A stretch of DNA of 64,000 nt, from NCBI RefSeq assembly GCF_001194135.2, contig NC_068986.1:115780070-115844069 (forward strand), written 5' to 3'. A model generated the notes under the pieces. The model was not told where the DNA came from. It saw nothing but the letters and a program-made list of their open reading frames with translations, and ran no database searches. The translations under genes and the position numbers were made by a program. The stretch comes from Octopus bimaculoides (lineage: Eukaryota). Positions 12,864-26,253 of this stretch are shown in pieces. The stretch's first letter is position 1. The number at the start of each line of letters is the position of its first letter.

Positions 12864-13019
12864 ATATAAATCATGACAGTGGGAGAAAAAGCAAGATCAA
12901 AAGATGTGTATGTGTATATATATATATATAGATAGATAGATAGATAGATAGATATACATACACATATATATGTGTATGTGTGAGTGAGTGCGGGTGTGTG
13001 TGTGATGATCACAATAATT

Positions 13020-13510
13020 TGACGACCTTTGTCGATGCTTGCAAGGGGTTGGACAGGTCTTCCCCGGTACGTCTTCCTTCCACTTGCCGTCTCCTTTATG
13101 AGATTCTATATCTTGAGATCAACTTTCAGCACTTCTTCACACGACACCTTCAGTTTCCCACGTCCACAGCTTCGCTTGACTTGGATCATTAAACACTTCT
13201 TTCCCCGCCATCCTACATAAACATCACATGTCTGCACCATCTCAATCTCCTTTCTCAAAACATTACAGTTGACTCCATTTATTCCCAGTTGTCATCTCAT
13301 CATATTTGTTCTCTCTACCCATCAAACAGAACATCCTTGCTTCCTTCCTTTCTTTCCAACCTTCGCACACCCAATTAATGCCTATCTTTCACTAGCACGC
13401 AATATCGTACTTCGTACATAAACATTATACCATCTGCTCTTCACTCAAAGAGAATACTTTTGTGGCCGACAGAGGTAGTAGACACCTGACCTTTTTTTCA
13501 TTCCATTCTT
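13020..13510 (-). mobile_element. Old RTE-clade LINE fragment (C-terminal region)
   Basis: Degenerate equivalent of 36150-36710 (LLPLSATKVFSL.VK..Y; later CGRGK), many stops. Confidence 0.65.
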
Positions 13511-14406
13511 CCTCAGGCTACAATGCTTTCGGAGCACACATTTCTTCATTACTAATTTGTTTACCTGCTAAAGAAAATTATTAATTACTTCTAAGGAATC
13601 CTCTGAGCGTTTGAAACAATTTAATTTATGAGCGACCTTACTGCTAATAACCGCGGCTAATTACTCTTTGGCACCTGTTATATATGAATTTCACCTCTTT
13701 TAGCCTATTTATGATCCTCCCGAATCTCTTGTGTACCCATAGTTAACAGCAGATACATCGTATGCTGTACGTACTCGTGCATACTCCTTTTCTGTATATT
13801 TGGCTACTTCTTTGATATCAATGGTGTCTTGTCCTTCTGCGAACAAAAACATTTCCCTTTTGTAAATTCATTTTGCTGTCTCTCGATTCTGAGTTTTTTC
13901 TTTTCCATTTAGAAATTCTCAAATTGTTCGACAGATCCGGCTGAGTGCTAAATTATGGACACAGCAGAGGAAACTTGAGATTCACAGTAACCACCGGAAA
14001 ATATACTCTTTGAGTCTGTGGTCAGGAAATGATGAAAAAAATGGCGGCTCCTCCATCCGTTGTTGGAACAGCAATGAAATCTTTAACTTTCACTTCAACC
14101 TCCATGGGAGAGCTTCTGAGTTAGGATTCCATTACGATGAAGAAACGGTCATGATTGTCTTATCAACAGCCCATCATGTATGGAATCTTCCATTTTTCCG
14201 CATGGACGATTGGATTGATTCTTTGAGCATTTAGTAGAAACACGGATGGACGTTAACAGTGGACATGTCTCAAATGCTACAGAATGAAAATATTTAATAA
14301 CAAAAATACTTCTCAGGCATAACAATAACTTATCTGTCCAATGCACACACTTTACTCTGTGGCAAAAGTAATTCTGTTTTCGTGTCACTATATTTAATGC
14401 ATGTCA

Positions 14407-14448
<42 letters not shown>

Positions 14449-14449
14449 C

Positions 14450-14600
14450 GCTACCATTGGTTTCATGTTAAGAAAAATATCTTAATATCTTAACAATTTT
14501 TCAAGCCGATCACATAGAGACGAACACCATTCCTCCATGTGATCGACTTAAAAAATTGTTATGATATTAAGATATTTTTTAACATGAAACCAATGGTAGC
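14450..14600. mobile_element. Foldback element / MITE-like hairpin
   Basis: ~70-bp arms gctaccattggtttcatgtt... / ...aacatgaaaccaatggtagc, ~90% complementary, ~13-nt loop; no clear TSD. Confidence 0.75.
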
Positions 14601-14651
14601 CTTAATTTATAAATAAAGAATCTTTATCCACCAATGCGGTGNNNNNNNNNN

Positions 14652-14962
14652 GGGGGCTCACAATCATGTGATAGCGTGTTCGATTGCCAGACCGTGTTTG
14701 GTGCTGTGTTCTTGAGCAAGACACTTTATTTCACGTCGCTCCAGTTCACTCAGCTGTAGAAATGAGTCGTGACGTCACTGGTGCCAAGCTGCATCGGCCC
14801 CTTTGCCTTTCCTTGGATAACATCGGTGGCGTGGAGAGGGGAAGCTGGTATGCATGGGCGACTGCTGGTCTTCCATAAACAATCTTGCCCGAACTTGTGC
14901 CTCAGGGGTAACTTTCTAGGTGCAATTCCATTGTCATTCACGTCCAAAGGGGTCTTTACCCC
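14652..14962 (+). mobile_element. tRNA-derived SINE family D
   Basis: B-box-like gttcgattgcc, gtgttcttgagcaagacacttt domain; second copy at 3352-3548; heads also at ~26720-26838 and ~54465-54600. Confidence 0.75.
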
Positions 14963-15505
14963 TTTATATATCGCTTACGCATCGCAAGACTAATAACCTG
15001 AGATAAACTCAATATACGTATGTTTCATAACAAAGTGTTAGATGAGTACAGAGCGGTAGCAGAAACAGCTGTACGCCAATGAGGTTCATAGCATAACCAT
15101 TGTTTTTCTTATATATATATATTTTTTTCTTCTATTTTTCTTTTTACTTTCCCCTTACATTTCCATGTGTACTATTTTGTTTTTGTAACATATATATATA
15201 TATATACGTTTAGATTTACTAAAATTGTGTAAGTTCTCTCCATTGTCTTATCTGGGAATTAATGTTCAGTAACTTTTCTCTCTCTCTCGCTCAGTTTTAT
15301 CGGGTTTGTAATTCCAATTAAATATAAATGTCCGCTGACAACCCCATGTATGGTTGCCCCCATGTGTGTGTGTGTGTGTGTGTGTGTGTCGGCTGAAGAT
15401 CGCAATGGCGTGAAAATCGAGCTGCGAGGCAAACTTTCAATAAAAAGAATTACGCCTTCTACAATGTGTATTGAGCACTCCTTTATCATTCGTTCAACAT
15501 AAAGC

Positions 15506-15542
<37 letters not shown>

Positions 15543-17440
15543 TGTGTGTATGGGGTAAAAGCGTGTATGTATATATCTGTGCGTGTGTGTGTGGTTTATT
15601 CAGACGAGGAAGGGCCTTGTATATGGCCTATTGGCAGGGTCACCAACACTAATGGAGGGAAGAAGAAAGTACTTGTTATTGAATAGTGCTCTAAGAAACA
15701 ATGCATCACGTCGTATTATCTTCCAATCAGAAACCTGGTCGCAGCGTTTACTACACGCACGCATACACACACACGACATTCGCAACGCTTTGGTCAACCT
15801 TAGGGTAAATTAGAAGACATTTGTCCTGGGTAATGTCATGGTGTGATATCGAACGCTGCAGCCATGCAATTGCAAGGCATCCTTCTTGACCACACGGCCA
15901 CACTTGTAACATGTTTCTACAGCGACGCCTTTGGTCAAACTTGAAACATTGTTCCATCGATGTCTTTTTATTAAACTCCTAACGCGACGAGTATGGAGCT
16001 TCTACTTGATTGCTTAACCTGCAAGAAAAAGCAGCAAAATATCCCTCAAATCACAATCTTCCGTTTCAAATATAGAAAGAACGTATTCGATAGTTATAGT
16101 CCCGAAACCCCTGAAGCAGACAGGATGGTCACGGCTGAAAAACTTCTGATCGCATTTCTAATCGATCAGACAACTTCACATTAACATTCTGTTATATCCG
16201 AACTAAACCCCTCTCCGCATTGAATCATAACTATTATCCTAACATATTCCTGTTCTATCATAGCAATGTTCATACTAACCCCCCATTGTATCATAGCTAT
16301 ACCCTTACATACCATTGGACAGTTATTTATATCTACAACCATGTTACACTGGAATAATTTCAATGTAACTGGGCTACGTTTTATATTTCTTATTTTTATT
16401 ATTATTTGGCCTTGAGGCTATATTAGAAATTACTGTACCGTCCTCGAGCATTTTGTCAAACCTCCTGGTTAATAAAGAAATCATTATTATCATTATTTGC
16501 TTTGTGTACAGCCCTTGTGGCCAATAAATAAAGGATTATTATTATTATTATTATTATATTATTTAAATGTGATTAAAATTACTTAAAAATTAAATTGTTG
16601 TTCTGTTACCCTTTTTGTTTTCGTTTTCTTCATTGACCGCGGCCATGCTGGGGCATCGCGCCCAGAAGCTTTAGCCAATTATATTCACCCCTGTACTTTA
16701 GAGACCTAGAAAAGCAAACACGATCTGGGCGTCATAGGACGTTAGAAGCTCGTAACTAAATAACACAAGTTAATATTTTATTCGACGCACAAATCCTACC
16801 ACACACACTACATGCTTCTACACAGTTTCTGCCAACTGAACTTTACTCACAAGATAATGGTTATTCTAAAAACGTATAAGACTTTTGCACAATGTTCCAC
16901 TCCATAGGATCGAACTTCCTAACTTGACATCCCCACCACCACCATTCCCAATGTGTGTTTCTGCATCTACTTCACAGGAAGAAGTGTGTTACTCTCGATG
17001 CCAATAAATTGTTATAGTTTCTTATCCTGCACTGTCCACTTTTTGTTCTCTACACTTGTCACTCACTGCTCGATACTTGGACCCCCCTACCCTGCATCTT
17101 ACCCTTGTGTGTGTGTGGGGGGGGGGCAGTTATAATAAAAACAATTTTACATTAATCTAATGATGGGTTACTCTCTGTTTGTGTGGAATACAAATTATTA
17201 TTCTTAAACAAGAATAGTCAGTGACTTCGAAGTTTACACCAGCAAAGCCATCGTCAGACTACAAGGCATTGAAGTTAATGTTAGCTTTATATAGTCTCCT
17301 TTCGGAGTCGATAAATTAAGTACCAGTTGCGTACTGGAATCAATCTAATCGACTGGCTCCCTTCCCCAAAATTTCAGGCCTTGTGCCTAGAGTAGAAAAG
17401 AATATTCATTAAGTTTCATGGATGGGTCTTCTCTAGTATA

Positions 17441-17602
17441 GGCGTAAGAGTGGCTGTGTGGTAAGTAGCTTGCTTACCAACCACATGGTTCCGGGTTCAG
17501 TCCCACTGCGTGGCACCTTGCGCAAGTGTCTTCTACTATAGCCTCGGGTCGACCAAAGCCTTGTGAGTGGATTTGGTAGACGGAAACTGAAAGAGGCCCG
17601 TC

Positions 17603-17680
<78 letters not shown>

Positions 17681-17890
17681 GTGTGTATGTTTGTGTGTCT
17701 GTGTTTATCCCCCCAACATCGCTTGACAACCGATGCTGGCGTGTTTAGGTCCCCGTCACTTAGCGGTTCGGCAAAAGAGACCGATAGAATAAGTACTAGG
17801 CTTACAAAGAATAAGTCCTGGGGGTCTATTTGCTCGACTAAAGGCGGTGCTCCAGCATGGCCACAGTCAAATGACTGAAACAAGTAAAAA
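17441..17890 (+). mobile_element. tRNA-derived SINE family A (central TA/TG microsatellite)
   Basis: ggagtggctgtgtggtaag...gggttcagtccc head, ending caaatgactgaaacaagtaaaa; at least 6 long copies in the window. Confidence 0.88.
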
Positions 17891-17959
17891 AAGTTTTTAA
17901 AAAGTATCATGCTGTTAACCCTCACAGTCGTTTGTCATCATCTGTCATTTTGGTCTTCA

Positions 17960-18370
17960 CCTTTCACAGGTTCCAACCACTTTCAGTGCTCTGCACTTCT
18001 TTATACAAGTGACGTCCACCTCATGCCTCTTCCAAGCACACATCCAATTCTTGTTATGGCAAGTTTTCCTCAACTCATTTCTACTTTGTTGTTCATCCAC
18101 ACCAACAGAACACCAGCAGCTCCCTTCATTTCTCGTCTTTGCAAATCCTCTACATTTAAGACCATCTCACTACCATTAAAAAAAATCACACTTTCTACAC
18201 AAGCTTCATACAATCTGCTTTTCACTCAAAGAGAAACAACTCTACTGTCAACAGCAATCTTAGCTCACTGAGCCAGCCTCTTGCACCAGGTTTTGACTCT
18301 TGCTAGGCTTTCGATACTCCAAACACCACTGCTAGACAGGTCACTTTGGTAACAGATGTTATCAACTACC
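17960..18370 (-). mobile_element. Old RTE-clade LINE fragment
   Basis: VVDNICYQSDLSSSG..ESLARV..VKSRLYEACV..GSE resembles RTE 'VVDxFCYLGD..SGGG..RLYxACV..GSETW'. Confidence 0.65.
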
Positions 18371-18400
18371 AAAAAAGCCTTCAAGGAATATATTTTATGT

Positions 18401-18743
18401 GGAGGTGCAATGACCCAGTGGTTAGGGCAGTGGACACGCGGTTTCGATTCCCAGAACGGGCACTGTGAGTATTTATTGAGTAAAAGCACCTAAAGTTCCA
18501 CAAGGCTCCAGCAGGGGGTGATGGCGAACCCTGCAGTACTCTTTCACCACAACATTCTCTCACACTTCCTGTTTCTGTTGTACCTGTAATTCAAAAGGGC
18601 CAGCCTTGTCACACCCTGTGTCACATTGAATCTCTCTGAGAACTACATTAAAGGTACACGTGTCTGTGGAGTGCTCAGCCACTTGACGTTGATTTCATGA
18701 GCAGGCTGTTCCGTTGATTGGATCAACTGAAACCCTCGTCGTT
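18401..18743 (+). mobile_element. tRNA-derived SINE family C
   Basis: ggaggtgcaatgacccagtggttaggg A-box, gtttcgattccc B-box; inverted partner at 18917-19253. Confidence 0.85.
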
Positions 18744-18916
18744 ACTAGACTCCTACAGAACATCTGTGCAATGTCTACCTAAACTATCAGCCTGATGGTG
18801 AGCTCATTAGACACTGAACTTCCATGGATTACAATGGCTACACTGTGTAGAATTTATCCCTTGGACCACAGTTCAACTTTACATATGAAGAATTTTTTCG
18901 TGGCATTCCGCCAGTT

Positions 18917-19253
18917 ACGACAACGAAGGTTCCAGCAGATCCGAGCAACAGAACAGCCTGCTCGTGAAATTAATGTGCAAGTGGCTGAGCACTCCACAGA
19001 CACGTGTACCTTTAACGTAATTCTCAGGGAGATTCAGCGTGACACAGAGTGTAACAAAGCCGGCCCTTCAAAATACAGGTACAACAGAAACAGGAAGAAA
19101 GAGTGAGAGGGTTCACCACCACCCTCTGCTGGAGCCTCGTGGAGCTTTAGGTATTTTCGCTCAATAAACACTCATAACGCCCAGAATGGGAATGGAAACC
19201 ACGATCCTACGACCACGAGTCCGCTGCCGTAACCACTGGGCCATTGCACCTCC
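18917..19253 (-). mobile_element. tRNA-derived SINE family C
   Basis: Reverse complement of 18401-18743. Confidence 0.85.
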
Positions 19254-19699
19254 ACATATCAAGAATATGGTTGAGAGGAAATACCAGAGAGAAAATTCAG
19301 TATACAAAATACATATAGAGCAGAATGTGTCATGTGTGTAATACAGTGAGATTGCCCTTGCAATTAGAAGGAAAAAAACTTCCCCCAAAGGTGTTTAAAA
19401 TCTGTAAATAACAAACAAGAGAGATAACTGCAAGATCATCAGCAAAATCAAATTGCTGCAAAGACAGTCGTAGGGATCCAGGTCTTACTAATTTTCCCCT
19501 TTTCACACAGGGTCACATTGACTTTTATGTCGAAAGACAAGACTCACAAATCAGACAGACTGACAAAGAAGAGAGAGAGAGAGAGTAAAACAATTTTAAT
19601 ATTTGTTCATCCAAGTGAATAAAACTGTAGAGAGAGAGGTTTGATCCCCAGGAAGGACTTCACAAGGGAAAGTCAGGATGTGGGCGATGAGAATGATGA

Positions 19700-19731
<32 letters not shown>

Positions 19732-21221
19732 ATGGTTGGAGGAGGAGGAGGAGGAGGAACAGCAAATGACTCAGAGATAGCTTTATTCCATGTGCAACCC
19801 TCATCTTTCCTGGTTTAATGTTTAGGTGTGTGTGTATGTACATACAAACACACACACACATTACACAAATATACATATATATATATATACACACACATTA
19901 ATTACACACACACACACATATATATATACATATAAACACTCATTTTTCAAGCCTTTGTGTAAGTAATATATACACACATACACACATTTTTCTAGTTTTA
20001 ATCTATATACATCACCAATACACACACTCACAAGTCTGTACAAATTTAATAAACCATTTTCTTTATTGTTGTCTCTAATATTTCATCATCATCATCATCA
20101 GCATCACTACCATCATCAACAGCACCATCACCATCATCATCATCATCACTTCTTTGTAATTCCAAGTCACCACCACCACCATCACCATCATTATGGTCAA
20201 AGTTGTTATTTGTGATTATAACTGAGATCTTTCACCACCAGACAATACCGTCAGCCCTGTGTGTATGTGTGTGTGTGTGTGTTATGTCCAATGAGGTGGA
20301 GAGAAGGTGTCGAATGGCCTCTTGTTGTGGTGGGAGAGAGACAGGAGGACAAACACAGTCTCCCATTTTAAACATTTCTTTCGTGTCCGGTCTAACTCTG
20401 TTTGCCAACCAAACAAGGAATGGTACAGTTTTAACTTCATGTTTTTTTAATAATAATAAAAATAATAATTTCATAGATTGGCATGGCACCTTAGATTACT
20501 ATGGTTAGGGGGAAGAAAATGAGATGTTATGATGGTCATGCCTTTCACAATGTCATTAGTTCCATAACATGACAGGGATCCAACTGGGAATTGAAACCCT
20601 ATCACAGACCTTGGTTTGCAGAACAAACTTAACACTATATCATGGTGATTGACAGATATCAAAAAATAACAATTATTAGTAGTAGTAGTAATAATAATAA
20701 TGATAATAATAATAATAATAATGATCATAATAATAATAATAATAATAGTAGCTTTTGTCCATGGCAGAAAACCAAATTTTGTACAGAGAGGTGGAAGGGT
20801 CAGTTGATTGAAGCTCCATGTATTACTGGTATTGCCTGCCAAACAGGAATGAACAATGAGGTACTGAGCTGGGAGATCATAAAGGGGCCGAGACTGTCTT
20901 TCTATAGTTTAGGTCAACATCAACACATCGTCTACAATAATAATAATAATTACCATTATTATAATAATTATAATAAAGATGTGACCCTTGTTTGCCAGAT
21001 AATCTCACTGCCATAACTCTGGACCCCAAAATTGTTTTTTTGTCAACTTCTTGTGTTCGGTTAAGATTTCTTCTGATGCTTTATTGCCAAACTGAGGCCA
21101 GGTCAACCGAGGTCAGATCAGGTCAGGTCAGGTCAAGCTGACATCCATCGGTGGCATCCATGTTTGGCCAGTTGATGAGGTTGCAGTCTGAAAACACCGC
21201 AGAAGCAGCAGTGGACCGTGG

Positions 21222-21506
21222 TCAAACTTCGACACCCAAGTGCATCACACCACCATCGGCTATTGGTACATATTTGTCAGAGCCAACCTGAACTAACAGG
21301 ATGGTGTAGTCAACATGGGACCTGCAGACAGGGTCACGGTGACACGGGACCCATCGATGTACAATAGTGCCCTCTAATCCCTTTGTGGGTGTCCAGCCAT
21401 TCCAACCACTTTTGCCTCCATTTTGTTTCCAATCATCACGGGGCCACTGAACATCGATACGACGGCCTAGGTTCATATTGTCATACATTTGGCTGGGATC
21501 CATTAT
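21222..21506 (-). CDS. PCNX: pecanex exon 30 (terminal)
   Basis: IMDPSQMYDNMNLGRRIDVQWP...GWTPTKGLEGTIVHRWVPCHRDP..RSHVD..ILLVQ..LGVEV*; tttcacag| acceptor. Confidence 0.96.
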   Translation of the reverse strand: MMDPSQMYDNMNLGRRIDVQWPRDDWKQNGGKSGWNGWTPTKGLEGTIVHRWVPCHRDPVCRSHVDYTILLVQVGSDKYVPIADGGVMHLGVEV

Positions 21507-21746
21507 CTGTGAAAGAGACAAACAGACAGACATGTACAATTTAGATACTGTGAATGAATAACAACACAGATACACACATGTATATACACTACACACATAT
21601 AATGTATAATACACACACACACACACATGTATGGTGTACAATTCCCAGTTCATGGAACAACGACAAGTGAATATTCAGACACAAACACAATATACTGTAC
21701 ACATATATGCATAATATATACACACCCAACATATACACATGTACAC

Positions 21747-21778
<32 letters not shown>

Positions 21779-21789
21779 CCCCCAACGGC

Positions 21790-22340
21790 AGAGCAAGTAG
21801 AGAAGGGCAATCTCGAGCCCACATGGATTGACTCTAGCTGAAGAGGGCAATGCCCGGTGGGCAGGCGTGACAAAGGCAGATAGACTCCGACAGTTCGCTG
21901 CAACCAGCCTCATCAAGACTGCACATCGCAATTCTTGAGCCGCAGTGGAGAGGTTTCTGGCCAAGCGCGTGCACATGGCTGTCATGCAGCCACGACCACC
22001 TCAAACAATTTACTTAGCAAAATGGCTTTGTCTTTCTAATCTGTCTCAAAAGCTCAATGTTGATGGTATCGTGGGTAACGAAGGCAGGTCTGGAGAGCTG
22101 GAGGCCTCTAGTCCATGACCACACATCAGCGGCAAATCTTGGATGGTTGCTCTCCAATGAATAGCAGTGACATTGAGGTCTGGCAGCTAGCTTCAACATC
22201 CTTGACCTGCATCGACCATCCCGTGCAAGTTCTGCCCACGACTTTTTCACAACCGACTTGGACTCCAAAGTCACTTTCGAGACAAACATCAGCAGAGGAG
22301 ACTGGGCAGAAACTGATGAAGCCAATGCTTGGATACAAGA
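21790..22340 (-). mobile_element. Possible highly degraded LINE reverse-transcriptase fragment in the last PCNX intron
   Basis: SDFGVQVG.. and RFAADV..LQ..KTK recall the RT 'FGVxVGV.QG / FADD / KTK' order; frameshifted. Confidence 0.35.
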
Positions 22341-22962
22341 TGGAGCCAACTATATATACAGTTGGAATTTACAGAAAAACAAAATACGAAAACAGGTGTA
22401 TCAACAACAAGCAGGTGTATTAGTTTGACACTCGGGAAAGTGAGAAAGTTTTCTACATTTCGAGCCGACGCTCTTCAGCAGAAAGGAATAAGAGGAAATC
22501 TTTTCTATTAGAGTGGAACCATAATACAGATTCCTAGATCCAGCCTCCGCTGTAAACTTAGAACCTAACAGATGACCAATTATAGCAATTACGCAGCGTA
22601 CCTATTGGTTTAGATCACCAGTGAACTAAACCCCTCATATTATATATATATGTGCTGCCTGACTGGCTCCCGTGCCAGTGGCATGTAAAAAGCACCCACT
22701 ACACTTTTGGAGTGGTTAATGTTAGAAAGGGCATCCAGCTGTAGAAACCTTGCCAGATCAGATTGGAGCCTGGTGCAGCATCCTGGCTTGCCGGTCCTCA
22801 GTCAAAATGTCCAACCCATGCCAGCATGGAAAACGGACGTTAAATGATGATGATCATTATATATATATACACACACATACAAAGAATACAAACACCACAC
22901 ACATAGTATCACACACACAATATCCCCCCAAAATACATAAAGGTGAAAAAACAAATACTTAC

Positions 22963-23339
22963 TCTGACCCGTTGTGAGATGGTTGGTTCTTTAGTGGTGG
23001 TGTTGTTGACAGAGTTTGAACCAGGGGCAGTGCTAGTTACAACAGTAGGTGCAGTGGGTGCAGTAGCAGGTACACCATTACCACTGCTGCTGCTCCTGCT
23101 ATCGAGGAGAGCTGTTATAGAAGGGGTTGTTGTTGCTGTTGATGTTGGTGTGGTTGTTGCCGTGGTAACAGCAGCAGGTGAGCTCAACTTACTGTTGTGA
23201 CTGTTGGTTAGGTTCTGCAGTGTGATGTCAGACTGGTTGCTAGGTGACACAGCACCACTACCTGTTGTTGCCGCTCCACCGCCTACTGAGGGTGCACCAG
23301 TGGTCGGTGGTGCACTGTTGGAGTTGGAACGCATTGAAC
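22963..23339 (-). CDS. PCNX: pecanex exon 29 (S/T/P-rich linker)
   Basis: ccccag|gt..SMRSNSNSAPPTTG...ISQRVR|gtaagt; phase 1 to 0. Confidence 0.9.
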
Positions 23340-24220
23340 CTGGGGAGAGAGAGGAAAGGTAGAGGTAGGGGAAGTGCAGTGGAGAGAGAGAGACAGAGAG
23401 AGACAGAGAGACAGAGAGAGTGTAAGGTTGTATGGGTGGTGGTGGTGGTGTTATTTAACCCCAGGTCAGCCCAGTCAAGAGCAGAGTTGTGAACACAGAC
23501 ATCCAAGGCATGATTATATTGTCTTTTATTCAAGCATATTTGGCGTTAGGAAGGGCATCCAGCTGTAGAAACCCTGCCACATCAGATTGAAGCCTGGTGC
23601 AGCCATCCGGTTCACCAGTCCTCAGTCAAATCGTCCATGCTAGCATGGAAAGCGGACGTTAAACAATGATGATGATGATGATGATTGCATCTACGACTAT
23701 ATCTAATGCCATTTTCTTTTTAAATGGTAAACTGTGATTTGTGGGAGATTTGGCTGCTATTTCTAGCAGATTAACCAACAGCATAGAGGCTCCCACACTG
23801 GTTTATAGTGTGTGTGGACACACACATGTGGTGTGGTGGTAACATATGTGATAATGCTAGTGTGTGTGTGTGTGTGTGTGTGTCTGGTTGTGATACTGTG
23901 TGCATGTGTGGTAGTGGTAGAGTGTGTAGGAGTGACAGGGGTGGTGGCCTTATGTGTGTGTATTGGTGTAGTGGTATTGTGTGTAGGAGACTGTGCACTT
24001 GTCTATATACATGTGTGTGTGTGTGTACATATAACTTGTGTGTGGGTAATGGTGTGTGGTGGTAGTGTTTGGCTAAGGTTGTGGTAGAGTAGTGGTGGTG
24101 AAGGAGCGAGCAGGTGAGGGTGTAGTGGTGATTAAACTTTCATAGGGTAACATCATGATCCACACACACACACGCACACGCACACGCATGCACAAAGACA
24201 GGTGTCTTAACGAACCATAC

Positions 24221-24327
24221 CAAGTTGCACAGCTGCAGCAGCATGAGTGCAGGCGCTGGTGCAGGTCGCTTCTTCTTGAAAACCAGAACTTCTTCCTGCG
24301 CAGCTGGCACCACAGTGCCGACGCATT
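24221..24327 (-). CDS. PCNX: pecanex exon 28
   Basis: MRRHCGASCAGRSSG...VQL; phase 2 to 1; frame not shown in the ORF track. Confidence 0.88.
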
Positions 24328-24384
24328 CTGTAAATAGCAAAAGCAAATGGAAACCATAAATAGCATCATCACAATGATGACATT

Positions 24385-24570
24385 AATTAGGCAGAATCGT
24401 TAGCACACCGGGCAAAATGCTTATTGGTATTTCGTCAGTCTTTACGTTCTGAGTTCAAATTCCACTGAGGTCAACTTTGCCTTTCATTCAGTTGCATACT
24501 GGGGTCAATCTAATTGACTGGCCCCCTCCCCACAAATTTCGGGCCTTGTGCCTAGAGTAGAAAAGATTAG
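24385..24570 (+). mobile_element. tRNA-derived SINE family E
   Basis: ggcagaatcgttagc A-box, gagttcaaattcc B-box, ending gccttgtgcctagagtagaaaag; relatives at 17290-17405, 47490-47705, 53855-54020. Confidence 0.75.
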
Positions 24571-25732
24571 TCAGTAACTTAGCTCTAGAGCCAGGCATAA
24601 CAGCCTCTACTTCTAGTTACAATCACTCCTCTTCGTATCATTGCTTTACAAAATCCTCTTCAACAGACACAGCCCAACCAGTCTTCCTCAACCCTTGCCA
24701 ACTCCAGCCCCAACAGCATACAAGAACTTACACTCATGAGACATTGATATTTTCTTCAGTGATTTTAACATCTGGAAGTTTGTTTGACTGTTAAGGTCTC
24801 ATAAGACTGAAACATGTCCAAAGTTGTCACTGTTCTGATAAATATCTGACTCCCCATTTAATTTAATATTTGACTCCCCTCTTCTATTTCTTCAGTTTTA
24901 TAAAGTCTGAAGAGGCTATTGGCTCTCCCCATCCACAAAAAGCCAATAAAATGTCTGCAATCTCAGACATCCAGCGATATACCATTATTCCTGTCGACAC
25001 CCCTACTCCTACCTAACACACTCTGTGTAAAAGCAATCACAAACCGTGTAGTAAATGTACAGGGGTGGTTACCTTCGTCAACATACTGTACATTTACACA
25101 AATATAAAATTTACTTAAATAATTAAAGGAAATACCGACACCTGTACATTAGTATAAACGATACCAGTAAACCAGTCTGGTTGTCACACGAATTTGAAGT
25201 TCCTGTTCATAAATTAAAGCAGACTGTAAGACACTCCAGACCATCAGCATTTAGAAAGTCTGTGTTGTACCTGTATAATACTATTTATTATAATATTATT
25301 ATAATATATTATAATCATATCTTAATTCTTTTTTATTAAACTTTTTTAAAAATTTAAATTTTTAAAAACGGTGGGAACTTAATTGCCAACCCAATATTTC
25401 AAATAACTGAAAAAAGCTTCTAGATGGTTGTTTGACTATTTAGAAATAACACCCATTTATCCCTTATATCAAACCCTACTGTTTCTCAAAAGGAAGGACA
25501 CACTGGGTATTGTAAATCTAGATACATGTGAAAAGCACCATTTGAGCATGATCGTTGCCAGCGTCGCCTTACTGGCATATGTGCCGGTGGCCCGTGAAAA
25601 ACAACATTCGAGCGTGGTTGTTGCCAGTTGATCACAACTAGAAAGTTTTTGATCACAAGTCTGCTTAATCAAGGCTAACCTGGGGCTAAATAACTACAAA
25701 AGAGACAGAGGAGAAAAAAATAAAAGGTCTTA

Positions 25733-26008
<276 letters not shown>

Positions 26009-26033
26009 CTAAACAACAAAAACAACAGATAAT

Positions 26034-26253
26034 ACAGTTCTATATTTAAGAGACAACGGATTATGTATGTTATTTACATTTGATGGATATTTATCCTCAT
26101 CTTGTTTGTTGTTAATACCTTAGGAATGAGAACCCAGGTTCGAAATTTCCCCAAGACACCTGATGAAGGCTGGAGGGTATATCAGCCAAAATATTGTGTT
26201 AACAACAAACAAGATGAGGACAAATATCCATCAAATGTAAATAATGTAAATAA
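26034..26253. mobile_element. Palindromic tRNA/hammerhead element, copy 2 (centre deleted)
   Basis: ~45-bp inverted arms (atttacatttgatggatattt..gttaa / ttaac..atcaaatgtaaat); HHR-like core 26155-26200 with G12>A. Confidence 0.85.

Noticed and set aside
4106-12876. Long ORFs in the track (for example 6193-7452, 8586-9704, 11286-12041)
   Set aside because: They are N-gaps plus (TA)n/(CA)n microsatellites translated as X, YI, HT or CV runs
21095-21140. (GGTCA)n run in the PCNX 3' region resembling nuclear-receptor half-sites
   Set aside because: Simple pentamer microsatellite; no independent regulatory evidence
22909-23339. S/T/P-rich mucin-like segment as a novel domain
   Set aside because: Low-complexity linker between conserved pecanex blocks, where pecanex proteins are variable
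25369-25396. Mariner-like TIR (ggaacttaattgccaacccaata)
   Set aside because: Only one end seen; no matching TIR identified
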